Shown one piece after another: positions 38,501-49,100 of a stretch of DNA of 64,000 bases (positions within the stretch are counted from its first letter, which is position 1; the number at the start of each line of letters is the position of its first letter). The notes beneath the pieces are model-generated. The model saw only the letters and a program-made list of their open reading frames with translations. It did no database searches and was not told the origin of the DNA. Made by a program: the position numbers and the translations under genes. The DNA is from Phoronis australis (Eukaryota > Animalia > Phoronida): the NCBI GenBank assembly GCA_002633005.1, contig NMRA01000407.1, positions 165,143 to 229,142 on the forward strand. The letters are read 5' to 3'.

Positions 38501-38907
38501 TAAAGAATCTTAAAACACAGCTCATCCACATTTAGTTCATTGGCTATGTCTTTAATCAATTCAACAAATAACTCGTCTTCGCCCCGAGTTTGCCTCAGCA
38601 CTTTAGCTCGTTCTTTATCCATGGTGAGCAGGACCTTCGATGTCTTCTGCTCGGGTTCGTCCTGGAAACTGTCAGTACACGAACCCGCTGATGACGCCCG
38701 CACGCCCATAGGATATAAGCTCTCGCGATAAGCTGAGCGAATACTCTCATGGTTGCCTGTGGTGACGAAGGACGAGCTTTGTACGTTTGTGATAGATCGT
38801 CCACAGTCAACCTTAAGCTCCGGACCGTGTCTGCTGAAGAAGTTTCGAGAGAAGGTCGGATTGTTGAGAAGGAAAGCCTCTACTTGTTTCTCATCCACAT
38901 CAGGCAT
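626..38907 (-). CDS. Pde6: Multi-exon GAF-GAF-PDEase class I cyclic nucleotide phosphodiesterase (PDE5/6/11 group, invertebrate Pde6-like); 3' end lies beyond the left edge of the window
   Basis: Hand-spliced exons 38907-38275, 34329-34156, 32630-32541, 27566-27408, 19667-19591, 16192-16129, 13741-13676, 13078-12941, 12754-12611, 12181-12035, 2066-1959, 1691-1582, 1198-1010, 703-626 join in one frame with GT-AG sites. Motifs: GIVGH..NIKNAYEDSRFN (GAF-A), VGVLQLVNK (GAF-B), [35 protein letters not shown] (catalytic). The PDE family call is firm; the Pde6 versus PDE5/PDE11 assignment is from recalled motif similarity and needs a phylogeny. Confidence 0.9.
1010..1198 (-). CDS. PDE catalytic exon, [34 protein letters not shown]...[11 protein letters not shown](K)
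   Basis: Acceptor tctcag|G, donor AA|gtacgt; 189 nt, phase 2-2; EHHH and TDL motifs. Confidence 0.97.
1582..1691 (-). CDS. PDE catalytic exon, [36 protein letters not shown](K)
   Basis: Acceptor gcctag|ACA, donor AA|gttagt; 110 nt; HDxxHxGxxN class I PDE signature. Confidence 0.97.
1959..2066 (-). CDS. PDE catalytic exon, [36 protein letters not shown]
   Basis: Acceptor tttcag|GTT, donor TAT|gtaagt; 108 nt; YHNxxH metal-binding motif. Confidence 0.97.
4578..8311. repeat. Near-identical direct duplication of about 1.87 kb (4578-6449 / 6451-8311) across a single n
   Basis: Paired ORFs in the track (4705/6580, 5143/7012, 6037/7899); scattered SNPs and 6-bp indels; 'n' at 6450. Confidence 0.95.
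5237..5658 (+). repeat. TIR-bounded element built of about 21-bp periodic subrepeats (ccagacttcaaaac...); duplicate at about 7100-7521
   Basis: Tandem 21-mers at 5270-5346; ends atcaagggga / ttccccctcat; diverged relative at 21785-22242. Confidence 0.75.
8432..8659. mobile_element. Small MITE
   Basis: ggagaaccgttccaagaaaactgactta inverted with taagttagtttcttggaacgtgctcc. Confidence 0.6.
8865..9070 (-). pseudogene. THAP-domain relic (transposon-derived)
   Basis: [12 protein letters not shown]...VKFVVFPT...[17 protein letters not shown]. Confidence 0.6.
9976..10170 (+). pseudogene. THAP-domain relic (transposon-derived), frameshifted
   Basis: [13 protein letters not shown]...VFKFPK...ALKWRRF, then in another frame [10 protein letters not shown]. 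Confidence 0.75.
10348..10503. mobile_element. GC-rich MITE with CA(G/T)..GCGGAT termini (hAT-like, tentative)
   Basis: catgggcggatccagga...aaatccgccactg; G/C runs inside; no TSD seen. Confidence 0.6.
10513..11415 (+). mobile_element. GC-rich hAT-like non-autonomous element, spans an N gap
   Basis: agtggcggatctagga...ctaaatccgcctatg; both ends match 28777-29109 in inverted orientation. Confidence 0.65.
10728..10787 (-). other. tRNA-derived SINE-like head (pol III A/B boxes), degenerate
   Basis: Minus strand gtggtgcggtggtaaagcacg...gtgagttcgagaccgtgg; no intact acceptor stem seen. Confidence 0.45.
12035..12181 (-). CDS. PDE exon, [49 protein letters not shown]
   Basis: Acceptor ttacag|CAC, donor AGC|gtaagt; 147 nt; F.F.DF.L...DT..A.IRMF. 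Confidence 0.95.
12611..12754 (-). CDS. PDE exon (GAF-B to catalytic linker), [17 protein letters not shown]...[21 protein letters not shown]
   Basis: Acceptor atccag|ACT, donor GTG|gtaagt; 144 nt; AIF.GLG.HN..MYE and ALEVLSYHA are typical of PDE5/11. Confidence 0.95.
12941..13078 (-). CDS. PDE exon (GAF-B end), [46 protein letters not shown]
   Basis: Acceptor cacaag|ATT, donor GAG|gtaacc; 138 nt; P..N..G..VGV.QLVNK...F...D motif. Confidence 0.92.
13676..13741 (-). CDS. PDE exon (GAF-B, divergent), [22 protein letters not shown]
   Basis: Acceptor tatggcag|ACT, donor GAG|gtgagc; 66 nt, phase 0-0; sits where GAF domains have LNI.DAY.DPRF. Confidence 0.7.
14786..14984. mobile_element. MITE of the 'cgctaggacc' family with CAG TSD and internal 12-bp tandem repeat
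   Basis: CAG|GCGTGCGTTCAGTGACGC...GCGTTACTGAACGGGAGC|CAG; about 6 copies of cgctaggacct(a/t). Confidence 0.75.
15106..15420. mobile_element. MITE with TATGG termini and perfect 6-bp TSD (IS3EU-like)
   Basis: CTGGCC|TATGGGTGGCCATTT...AAACGGCCGCCCATA|CTGGCC; internal attgaattcac subrepeats. Confidence 0.8.
16129..16192 (-). CDS. PDE exon (GAF-B), [21 protein letters not shown]
   Basis: Acceptor ctctttttag|T, donor AAG|gtaaga; 64 nt, phase 2 to 0; corresponds to the IA..V..TG segment of GAF domains. Confidence 0.8.
18154..18328 (+). pseudogene. Cys-rich P2X7-ballast/nanor/KolX-like relic, frameshifted
   Basis: GYMIEPEY...[13 protein letters not shown], then in a shifted frame [12 protein letters not shown]; matches the Y.FEP...WC.C..C..M....E..CC pattern. 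Confidence 0.7.
18829..19020 (-). pseudogene. THAP zinc-finger relic inside the Kolobok-like element
   Basis: [41 protein letters not shown]...YRVSGKHF; conserved W replaced by TGA and third Cys replaced by Ser. Confidence 0.8.
19591..19667 (-). CDS. PDE exon (GAF-B), [25 protein letters not shown](S)
   Basis: Acceptor tttgcag|AAA, donor AG|gtaggc; 77 nt, phase 0 to 2, which supplies the phase needed by the next exon; F.KVF motif. Confidence 0.8.
21785..22242 (-). repeat. Diverged relative of the 21-bp-periodic element, core in opposite orientation
   Basis: gtcggctggactgcaaa, caaaacgcgatggcctc, ctagttggttggac and ttcctcagagact are reverse complements of segments in 5420-5610. Confidence 0.75.
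23419..23543. repeat. (ATT/ATC)n trinucleotide microsatellite
   Basis: attatcattatcattattattatt run. Confidence 0.9.
24105..25099. repeat. Foldback element of about 1 kb (long imperfect inverted repeat)
   Basis: gctcgctggttccc / gggaaccagcgagc; ctgttgtacagacaaatcggtgcttaaaatttatgt inverted near 24991-25027; gacgccacgtgcatgacaaggctaaaa inverted near 24757-24783. Confidence 0.85.
25885..25908 (-). CDS. Candidate 24-nt in-frame microexon of the PDE (TKAVFQDQ)
   Basis: tttcaactccag|ACG...CAG|gtaaca; phase 0-0, matching its neighbours; not required for frame and no homology support. Confidence 0.4.
27408..27566 (-). CDS. PDE exon (start of GAF-B), [20 protein letters not shown]...QMLSPSS
   Basis: Acceptor ttacag|CTT, donor TCG|gtcagt; 159 nt; LL.LA..IF.EQ motif of PDE5/6/11. 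Confidence 0.9.
27773..27845. repeat. (GAT/GAC)n microsatellite
   Basis: gatgatgacgacgatgatg run. Confidence 0.9.
28544..28681. mobile_element. MITE of the 'cgctaggacc' family
   Basis: TIR GGTAGAGTTCAGTAACGCTAGGACCTC / GAGGTCCTAGCGTTACTGAACTCTACC; flanks CCG / CTG. Confidence 0.75.
28777..29109 (-). mobile_element. Shorter inverted relative of the 10513-11415 element
   Basis: cataggcggactta...ttggctgccg...ggaaatattga and atgttgggccccc...ctaggtccgccactg; a further left end (cagtggcggatct) at about 63073. Confidence 0.65.
29377..31908. repeat. Near-identical direct duplication of about 0.9 kb (29377-30285 / 30999-31908), first copy ending at a single n
   Basis: Paired ORFs 29382/31004 and 29672/31294; 'n' at 30286; the two copies have different upstream sequence. 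Confidence 0.92.
30700..30892 (-). pseudogene. THAP-domain relic (transposon-derived)
   Basis: [49 protein letters not shown]; conserved W is TGA. Confidence 0.75.
32541..32630 (-). CDS. PDE exon, [30 protein letters not shown]
   Basis: Acceptor taccag|GTT, donor CAG|gtagga; 90 nt; FCGIGL.NAQLFE helix ending GAF-A. Confidence 0.95.
34156..34329 (-). CDS. PDE exon (GAF-A second half), [40 protein letters not shown]...FTQQDVQ
   Basis: Acceptor tgtcag|GAC, donor CAG|gtttcg; 174 nt; canonical GAF motif D.RFN.EVD..TGY.T.SIL.MPI and NK..F...D. Confidence 0.95.
37348..37725 (+). repeat. Old interspersed repeat, direct copy at about 50134-50595
   Basis: ctaaaactca.agtgaagtttc.cctcgg, ccgccaaatacgttgcaaaa and taacgtcacacggaaataga shared. 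Confidence 0.65.
38275..38907 (-). CDS. PDE coding exon 1 (N-terminus and first part of GAF-A), MPDVDEKQ...INIKNAYE
   Basis: ORF 38221..39015 contains [45 protein letters not shown]; donor GAG|gtacgt at 38275/38274; 633 nt, phase 0. The start ATG at 38907 is inferred. Confidence 0.92.
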
Positions 38908-38925
38908 GTTTCTTGACTGCTTTGT

Positions 38926-39015
38926 CTGCAACAGTAATGGTGATTTTCCATGAGATTTAGATAAAGTAAAAATTGAGCAGTGATGGTGACACGCAGAACA
39001 AAGGTAGTGCCTCAC
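38926..39015 (-). other. Candidate 90-nt intron in the PDE 5' UTR
   Basis: Donor CAG|gtgagg at 39015 and acceptor ctgttgcag| at 38926, 18 nt before the inferred ATG. Confidence 0.45.
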
Positions 39016-39712
39016 CTGTCCAAATCAGTCATTGAGAACTTAGAACTCTAGCCCTGGAATGCCAACGACGCCCTCGCGCTGCTGAGTTTTCGCCGCGCAT
39101 GTTTGGCTTTTATTTGCATTCATTTGTTCCGGTTTTGTTATTCATATGGAACTTACTGTCACAAAAACGTTTCGCTACTCCGCCGTTTTTCAACCGAATT
39201 GCATAAGAGTCCTATCATTATAAACCCAATCATCAGTTCTTGATGGTGTATGATTAGAGCAGAAGCAAATGAGACATGATTTATTTCTTAAATAATCATT
39301 ATTTCAAATGCATGACAGGTATAAAAAATGTTTTGCTACCAAAATGCGAAAAATAACAGGGTGTAATAGTAACATAAAACGGAAATGAACCAGTGAGGTT
39401 ATATAAATGACTAGTTAAGCCAGCAGGAAATCCACTCTATCGAGACTAGATTTTAGAAAATGGATCCCTGCTGTGATGAAGTTAGCCAGGAAGTCATCCA
39501 AAGTTATGCATCCTTGTGTATTAATGGGACCTTTGGTGGCGTTTAATACAGTTACTCGGCAAAAATACAGGATGCATTGACACTAACAAAAGTGTGATAA
39601 ACTAACTACTCCAACTACCTACACTAAATATGAAGATAAAGGCTTTCTTATCTAGATAAAAACTCAGCAAACATCTATGGTGTATTTTTAAGTGTACTGT
39701 GGATAGCTCATT

Positions 39713-40477
39713 ACATACATACACAAAACGTACCGAGAGTGGCGTACATGAAGTAATATCCCACAAGACATTATTCCGCGTGTCGACCTCGACCTTTGGT
39801 CTCGGTCGACACGCGGAGTAAGGTCGAGTGGGATATTACTTCCTGTACGCCAATCGAGATACGTTTTGTATTTATCCCATGCGCTTCGAATCCCTAAGTT
39901 TCTTATATTTTTCGGCAGATTTTTCAAATACTTCACAAAGACTGTTCACATGGCGGATCACATCCTATATGTATGTACTTGCGCGTTAGGTTGCAAGTTT
40001 TCTCTTGTAAAAGAAACAGTTTTAAAAGTAAGGATTTATTTCTTGAAAAGAGGTAGCAAAGATGAAAACAACGGCAACTGTGCAGTGAACTTGTAACATC
40101 TCCTGGCAATAGTTAAAAAACAACAATATTTGATATTTTAATTTCCTAGGAATCGGCGCCTAAGTTGCAGACGATATATTATTCAGCAATTGAAAACCGA
40201 GACATGAGTGTTTTATAATTAACAGTTTTGTTCCAGATTTTACGTTTAGGACCTGGTTGCATGTCAAGTGTTAGTTACACTGCTGCAGCTGTATTACTTT
40301 AAACTGTATTCCCAAAGTTTGATGATCGAACCGGCTAAAGACGTCGAGTCGACATTGACCTACCTTTTGAACTTTCCTTGTCAGAGGTCGCTGTTGAAGT
40401 AGTGCGGAAGGTGAAAACGGAAAACTTTATTACATGGCCTTATTTCCCTCGACAGATTCAACGCGCATGGGATAAAT
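39713..40477 (+). mobile_element. Interspersed repeat with a terminal hairpin of about 155 bp and an asymmetric inverted repeat, copy 1
   Basis: Palindrome about 39716-39872; ATTTATCCCATGCGC near 39870 inverted with GCGCATGGGATAAAT at 40463-40477; inverted second copy at 61148-61902. Confidence 0.85.
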
Positions 40478-42421
40478 GTACATGTAGGCTGCAGTGTAGG
40501 ACGTTCTATAGTAGTTTGTAAATAAACTCAATTCGTCAGAAAGTAAAAAGTAGTGATCCTGGCACATACAGTGTGTGTTGCAGTAAACAAGAGACATTGG
40601 AACACATTCTTCCGATTGTTATGTTAATAAAGAAAGTGAACTCTGGAAAATAACAATATTCATGACAAAGAGACAAATGATTATCTGTTCCATGCTTCAC
40701 GCATGTTAAAAAGTACCAAAAAGTGAATGCTAAAACTGTGTTCAGCTGGCTCGACAATCTAATAATAAGCGTTGATGTCTTGAAAAATAAACTTTTTTAT
40801 TTTTATGAATGGGAGTTTACAATATAGTGCGAACACTTGTCCTTATATTCTACCAAAATAGTAAGACCGTGCTGATCGACGATTGCAGATTAACGACTGT
40901 ATTTTCCACATTCTGTAAGTATACAGCTATAACCCAATAAGCATGAAATAAATTGCTTCAAAAGTGTGTTGACCATGAAAACATAAGTACAAACACCTCA
41001 TTTTAAAATCAACCTGCGGGAACAAACTCATGACGAAAATTACATAAAAACGTGCAGGTAGCCTGATGCCTTTTGCGGTACATCAGGCGTGTTTAGACCA
41101 CAAGGCCGGGCCCATTACACTAATCACCTGATTATGACTCATGGGGACACGACATCATCGGATTCCTCATGGGTGAAATCTTCCAATCTGCCTGTTTGAA
41201 AATTACATTGTATGGTAATGGCTGCACCTGAAGTTGCAATTTTTTAGTTTGCATATGTGATGTATTGCTCAAGAATTATTTATAAGAAGATGCATCTGAA
41301 TTGGCTGCCATTTGTATATGCTAATTCGATGGTAAAAACGCAAAATTCGACTTGGAAACAGGGCTAGTTGAATTCGTCATACCTTGATTGCGTTAAAATG
41401 TCTGGTAACCAACTTTTATTAAAAATACCTCTAGAACGTTACACAGAGCTCTTTTCTAGAAGTGCGTCTAGACTAGGAGGGGAATATGGAAAACAATATC
41501 ACATGGCCGCATAGCACTCGACTTATTCAATGCGTATGGGATAAATTACAGTACTATATGATAATATTCCACTTTCGCTGTGTGTCAAAAAGCGGGATAT
41601 TTTGATGGTGAGGTGAGATGGCGGGAAAATTTCAAAAAGTGGGATAGGCGGCCAAGAACGGGGCAATTGGCATGTACAATGTACGCTGTCGGCAACACAA
41701 AGTATTGGATTGGATTTTTACAAGGTAAGCTTGTCATTTTTTAAATTTTATTTCATGGGTACAGTTAAATACTGCAGAGAATATTCACTGCTCAAAAATT
41801 GATTTAACAAAATATATTTGGGCAAAAGGTAAACATTGCACAAATGAATTATTGAAAACAGTAATAATTGATGCAAACACAAATACACACACACGCACAC
41901 ACACACTTAGCTACGAAAATATGGGTAGTGTTCCGGAAGTTACGTAAACACTTATTAGTTGGACCTAATTACAGAAAAGTCTCAGAAACCATGAATCATT
42001 TCTTTCCGTAAAATACTGTACTATGATCTTAACACCCAAAAACGTCCTGTTGAAAAACTCATGACATGCTTTATGATAAGTTATCGAAGTTGGTTCTAGA
42101 GATGAAAAGATATTAGAGGCCAGTTTCGGTGTGTGTAAAGAATGACCAATGTAACTGACCGGTTTGTTGACTAATTGTGCCGGTAAATCGCTGCTTGTCA
42201 AGAACCATAGCTCAAGACTCTCGCTTCATGAACAAAACTTTCAAAATGAAAACGAAGCAATTATATCATGCTTGATTTGATAACCACTACACATGATCAA
42301 CACTCAGTCGAGCAGACTACCGGAAATTCATAGCGCAAACTCTCGCGGCTAGTCTAGGGGTTCCAAGAATGTTTTGCGGGAGTTGGCATTACATGGCTAG
42401 AGTTCTATGTTGAAAACAAAA

Positions 42422-43325
42422 TGTGACGATCATAAGCCGAAGCATCTTTTTGTGCAAATATTAGAACAGTTTGTTAGCTGTATCACGTCTCCTCGGGAGC
42501 TTTGAACTGTATATATTTTGTGAAAGGAGCAATCAAAACGTCTTTGGTTTCGAAGTAAAAGGTTTGTCAGAATATAGTCTGACAGTATTTTTAGTTGTAT
42601 TGTTTTGTTTTGTTTTGTTTTGTTTTGTTATTCTGTTTGATTGGCATGACCCCTGACTTAAGTGCAATGATGATGTAATTTGTTTACTACAGAATAGTAT
42701 GGAACTTTCTATAGTAGACTGAGGTCAGAACAGTGATGATGTAATTTGTTTACTACAGTATTGTTTGGAACTTTCTAGAAGACTCTAGCACGACAGTGAT
42801 TAATGCAGTCTGGAATATTCTAGACTAGTATACGGTTGTAGAATGGTTGGGTAGATTCAAGAAAGTTCTAGTATGTGCTTGAATTGATGAAAAGTTCCAG
42901 AACAATGCATTAGGCTATAAATAGACTAGCACAGGTTTGTGCTAGTAAGATCAAGTCAGTTCAAGGGAGATCAAGTTCAAGAAAGTTAATCAGGAGAACT
43001 ACAGTTGAGTTGCAGTGAAGAGGATCAGTAGTTATAGCGAGAGTCAATAGAGAGCCAGCTATAGAGACAGCAGGTTATTGAATCGACCAGTGTAACAGTT
43101 GCTGAACGTGTCTCAGAAGTTCATCACAAGTCAAGGCTTCGCAGCATTGGCTGGAGCATAAACAGACTTTACGTCGCAACGTTTTGTTTGAGTAGGCTTG
43201 TGAACGTACGGTCGGGATTAATAAAGGATTAACTTGAACCAGTCTTCAGTCTATCGTCGCACCGAAAGCTATTAGCACCGGTCTGTAACAACCTGCGCCC
43301 ACCCACACACGGGAAAAACGTGACA
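42422..43325 (+). mobile_element. Probable solo LTR (Gypsy/BEL-like)
   Basis: TGTGACG...CGTGACA termini, TATA-like CTATAAATAG near 42916, AATAAA near 43220, internal direct repeat of about 45 bp; no TSD found, so ends are uncertain. Confidence 0.55.
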
Positions 43326-45277
43326 AAGTTAATGGATTGGATAGGAGCACAAAAGTGACAGAATGCAGTATAAATCAACTCCGCCTCAGCTGCATAATAT
43401 CATTTTTGCGTAGCAAACTGACGTGGTGTAGCACTGTGTTTGTTGCCGTGGTGTAGCACTGTGTTTGTTGCCGTGGTGATATCAGGATCATACTTGTGTT
43501 AAGTGCATCAAAAGGCAAGCTTCTTACCCATCACGGTCACGTTTGAGTTACACTAAAGCGGGTAACAAGCTTGAGAAACACGTAACAGAAAAAGCTGCTC
43601 CGACACAAGTAGACTATAACATAAGCGCGAGGCTTTCTGGACAGCACCTTGCTACGCACTAGAATTTAAAAACTGTAATTAGTTTCGCTTCGGACATTTC
43701 ATTGACGGCGCCGCTGTCGTTTTTCAAATGCTGTTTCTGACAAGTATGTAAGCTCAATTTTGGAGCATATTTTAAAATGCCAGTAATTGTCAGTAAACAT
43801 CCGGTAATTTGTAGGGTGCGCCACGTTTTCAGAATGTCCATCCCATGGTCAGTATTTACATTGTTCGTTAGACTCGATACAAAGAAAGTACGAATCCTAA
43901 GATTATTGCCCGTTTATGGTGTTATAATCATTGCTTATTACTATCGCCGACCACCCCGGCATCGGTTGACCAGCGAAGTGTTTGCTACAGTACATGATAA
44001 AGCTCAGATTTGAGGGACAAGCTAACTTCGTGAATAATCGATCCAAACAACGCCTCTGCAGTCAGGCATACATATTGATGGCATTTAAGTATCATCAAGC
44101 GATGTTGTCGACATTTACTCTCCATTTTATTCCCCGTAAGTGAACACCGGCTTGATTGCGCAACTTAATTCTCGGCCACGCCAGTGCGCATGTGCCCAAC
44201 TTGAAACTGTGAAGCTGTGTGCAGACGCGGATTCCTTTTTGCTCAAGTTTTCAGCTTTGTTGTGTAAACACAAACTGCAAAGCTGGAACAACTTGCAAAC
44301 AACTTCGCCCATAATGAGGCGAGAATAACTTAAGACATCCATCCACTCATAAGACCTTGACAATCATAAAATACAGCACAATTATTGCCTTTCACCGTTG
44401 GTTGTCCGACACCAAAATGATTATGAACGAGTGTGAAAGACTAAAATTGTTAATTATGGTTCCACCTCATTAGCAGTTCATGGAAGATTGTTACGTTTGA
44501 GCTTTCGAATTTGAAAAAAATATTTCAAGAGATGCTAGGAAAGGACAAAGAAACAATCGAATAGATTTTGGGAAATATGCCATGTTTTGCAGTTTTTTAA
44601 TGCAGACCAATTCACAAACATCACTTGATGATGCCAATGCGATTGTGAGCTGCGTGTCAACTCCATCAACCTGCATACGCGAACGTCCGCGCAAATGACG
44701 TGTATTGGAAATCATTGAACATTTTAATCTTTTAAAACAAGCCTTTTTTACAATAGCGTAATAAAGGGACCTGCTATGTCTTGATGGATGTTTGCATTCA
44801 CCAATTAGTTTTCTATATTTACAGATTATTTAAAAACAATGGTGACGTGAAAATCTGGGTGCTAAAATAATTTCGACTTCGGTGATGTTCTGGTGGCACA
44901 GAGGTAAAATAGCGGCTTGCCAACAGGAAGCTCCCAATACCGAATCGCTATAAGATTTCCTTTACTCCTCAAAAAGGTTTTAAACTTATTTAAAACAGAA
45001 ATAGCAACGGTTAATATACATGAAGGCATGAGCGGTCAATATAGAGAATTACTGACTCAGAAATATTGACCGCTGCTGGGTTTATAACTTCATTAGATAT
45101 CCAAATGGAATAATAAATTGTACATCAAACGGATTATTAGGTAAAGCTTCAAGGTGAAATGATTCAAGTTAGCGCAGGTGAATCTACCTGTAGAAGAAAT
45201 CAATGGTCTTGTGCGCAGTAAATAACATCAATTCGCCAAGGAATCAAAACAATGTTTTTGAAACAAGACAATGCAAA

Positions 45278-45381
45278 GATGATGATGGTGATAATGATAA
45301 TGATGATGATCATGATGATGATGATGATGATGATTATGACGGTGATGATGACGCTGGTGATGGTATTGGTGACGGTGACGG
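45278..45381. repeat. (GAT)n imperfect microsatellite
   Basis: gatgatgatggtgataatgataatgatgat run. Confidence 0.9.
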
Positions 45382-45855
45382 TAACCAAAATAACGATAAT
45401 AACAATCTCACGTAAGTGACCAGTTCTCGTACATTCTTATACCGCGCTCACATGCAGTCCGACTGACTGAAGCAATGCAGGATCACAGTTTCAAAGTTAA
45501 GTTTGAAATTGAAGAGAACTGTTTAGGGCCACTCTCAGTCGATTACAATGGTATAAAGAAAAGTTGGATAAATTTAGTCCCTGAGAACACTTGCTGCTTT
45601 CGTGGAATTTCATTGGCTTCTTCGATCTCACGAAACAACATTTTCCATTGGCTATTTCTGTTCTAGGTCAAATGCAAGCTGTCTTCACCCAACTACCTCC
45701 CACTCTTCAAAGCAAACAAGAGGACTATGCCACCAGTAACGTATGTGTGAGATTTTGTTATGTCGTTACTAGTTTGAATGCTGTGCTGATTTTGTCGATG
45801 AGGTTAGGCTTAGCAATAGTACAGGTACCCTCAGCAGCCGTTGGATGTTATACTA

Positions 45856-46177
45856 AAGGGGCCTAAATGCGTCGATTTTGGGACCGAACATCGGTCCTAT
45901 TCTCCACTGAAAAATATTGAAAAATCACATGAAATTCACCTCATGAGGCTCAAACATATCTGTCAAGTCATTGAAAAATTACCGTCGAGGTTCGAATCAC
46001 TTGTAGTCGCACAGGTGACTGAATCTGAAAGAGCACAAAACGTTAGTTTTGGCTACTTGAGGCTTGCCAAAGGTGAGTGCTATTGATGGTGATCGGCAGG
46101 TTGAATTTTCCCCTCACCCCAAAAAATTCCTTCTGAGAAGGCACAGGCACCTTCCCCTCGGATGAACGAGGGCCCTG
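45856..46177 (+). mobile_element. Diverged copy of the CAGGGCCCTC MITE
   Basis: Colinear with 52631-52916; ends gagggccctg. Confidence 0.65.
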
Positions 46178-49100
46178 CGCTATCGTTAGTGTAGAAGGTA
46201 CTGTATACACGAGCGATTCAATATGGCCGCCGAGCAAGCGAGTTTTCATTAATTAGAATCAGTGTACTTGTTAAAAATGCCTCCAGAACGTTAATTTCAG
46301 TATCGATGCTTAATTTAATGTTCCTCTAGGGAGGCTACAACCGATACACACAAACACGCACACATACATAAATATACGAATGTCATCATCTGACCTGGAC
46401 AGTATGTCACAAATTCCACAAATCACTCACCGAAAACGAGCCCAACGGCGAATTTTCTACAATGCATATGCTCAACACGTGATACTTTTACAAACAATGG
46501 ACATTGATCCACTTGCACGCAGCCCTGTTTTCTTTGACTAAAAAGAACACGATGTCCATATCAGAAGTCGGCCACATTTACAAAATGTCTTTTCAACTTA
46601 CAAATGCCACGTCATATTCACAAAGAAGTGCCTGCTCCGTTCCGACCTCTGCCAAAACTGGTACAAAACGTTAAACCAATCAGCAGTCTCAATTAATTGC
46701 GTAGTGCATTCAACTTAATCAAAGCAAACGTTATTATATTATGATCATCACATCTATTTTGTCTTGGTAGATTGCTAAACCTTTGACTTGCCTTTCGCAA
46801 AAGCTCTAAAACGCATTTTAAAGATTTTTTTAGAATCTGCTCTCCAACCATGTGGACAAGGGTGTCATACAGACGTTTTAGTTTAAAATTTTCATAATCA
46901 AGGTTATTATAATAATAAGCGTACGTGAATATTTGCCGTCGTTTAATTATTCAGAATGGTGGTTTCTCCAGACACTGCAGCTGTTACAACTGCTCATTGA
47001 CCCGTGTTCTTCAGATTGGAATAGTGAACAAACCCACTTTTGATATGTGCACATTTCAAAAAAATGACGCCTTTATAGAATTTGTTTGTTAAGAATTAGA
47101 GTACCAGACAAATGCTAAACTTCCCCAGTGTTAACTTTTGTACTACTGTTGGGACACACGGTATAAAAGGTGGACTTTATGAATTTTAGTGAAATCGGCA
47201 CGTGGTAAGCTATAATTACGAACTTTAAATTAGCCCGTATGTAAACAATGACATATTGATTGACGTTTCCGGTTTATTCACTATAAACCATTCTCAAGAT
47301 AAAAGTTCACATTATTCAATCTGGTGACACAGGTGGAGAACAGACTGTACAGGTACACGTCGGAATGCATTATGAGGGGAGAGACCAGAAATCAAAACAG
47401 TTGGAGCTCAAATGAACTATTGAGATAGCCGCTCGGCATGATTCAGCCGTATATGCATAGCCTCCTTTATGAGGAGCCTGACGGTGGCATTATCTTTGGC
47501 TAAGATCTGAACACCAGAGTAATCTATAGTGTGACCAGCTGTCAATGAATGGTTAAGAACAGTACTGTGTGTGTGTCTTTACAGTGTTCTTTGACTCTGA
47601 TGCTGAGAATCCTTGTAGGGCATATTCCATTCGACCTTGTCCCGTAACTTCAACTGAATGAAACCCAATCAAATCATCATTCAGTTTTTGTCTAGTGTTG
47701 TTGGTTTTTGAAGATTGGTTTTCTGTGAAAATTTTTGCAAAAAGTCATATTTTAGGTCAAATTTCTCAAAAACGTCAAATCCTGGGACCTTTTAAATTCT
47801 TAAAATATTGTACTTAATGACCTTATAAATACCAAAATTTACTGGGCCCCAAAAAGTAGCCACGGAAGTGATTTTCTATTAGGTGAAAAATTGCTCAAAA
47901 CGAGAAAAAGAAAAATTTTACCAGCGCCTCCTGAAATCCTACCAAAAGAACAATACTGTTAACCATTTGGAACTTGATAAAGATTTGATATCACAACCTA
48001 CATATGAACAATCTAAAATTCCAACCCTTCTGCAAGGAATTCACTCTCATCACTTTCATTAGGTGTCAGTCCTGACAGTCACCAGCATGAAAAAATGTTG
48101 TCAATATTTTCCATTAGGTTACAAATTTCAAGTTCTTTAACAACATAGCATACACTAATAATGTTTCTTCATCCACTCCGTCATCATTTATATCGTCATT
48201 ATTGTTATCCAAAGTTGTTTTTTTGAGACATCGTCTTCACACAGTCTGGACAGTCACACAACTTTGAATCTAGACTTCAAACAAGGGTACACTATTTTAC
48301 AACAACCACTTCTTTTAAACGTCCCATTAACATTTTTCATGACATTTTCTGCTGCTAAAGGCTGAGTCATCCAGTGGAGCTTCAGACTATCCTGTTCCAA
48401 AAGTCACCCTTCCCGGTATATGCCAAAAATTGTTTCAGTATGATGACACTCGTGACCACTTGACTTGGCTTTCCTCAATTTCTAATTGCTGCCTGCTTGT
48501 TTATGAGCCATGGCCCTTGGTAATTACCTATTACTTGCACACTCATCCAAGAATTAATACTATCCAATGCAGACGGTAGCTGTAAACAAGTTAACTAAGT
48601 CAGCAGGATAACATCAGCTGACTGTCCTCTGATGAATATTTTCATGAAGCTGACGACTTTTGAAAGGGAAAGGTATAGACACAACATTTTCCTAGCATTT
48701 GATTGGCTGTTCTGGTCATTTTGCACCTTGTGGCTAACACAATAGTTGAGGCTATATTTTTCCAACTTTTAAATTAAAATTCTTACTAAAAGTGCAAGTG
48801 TATTCTTGGGAACTTATTTGAAATTGACTTTTGAACATCTGTAGATGGGTTTAATGCAAAAGTTCCCGTTGCTCCCCAAAAGTAGCCACAGAGGTGAAAG
48901 ATAGGAGAGCTGGGTCTATGGCCTATTTTGGTCATTCCAATGTAAAACTGTTTACTTTCATTACAGTTTAGTTGGTATACAACATAACATTACGGCGCTG
49001 TCAAAGATTAATTGATTGGAATAGCTGGCAGCATTCGCTCGATAGCTTGATTGATAAAGTTAGCATCGACTTGATCTTTCATTGAATACAAAAGCACGAA

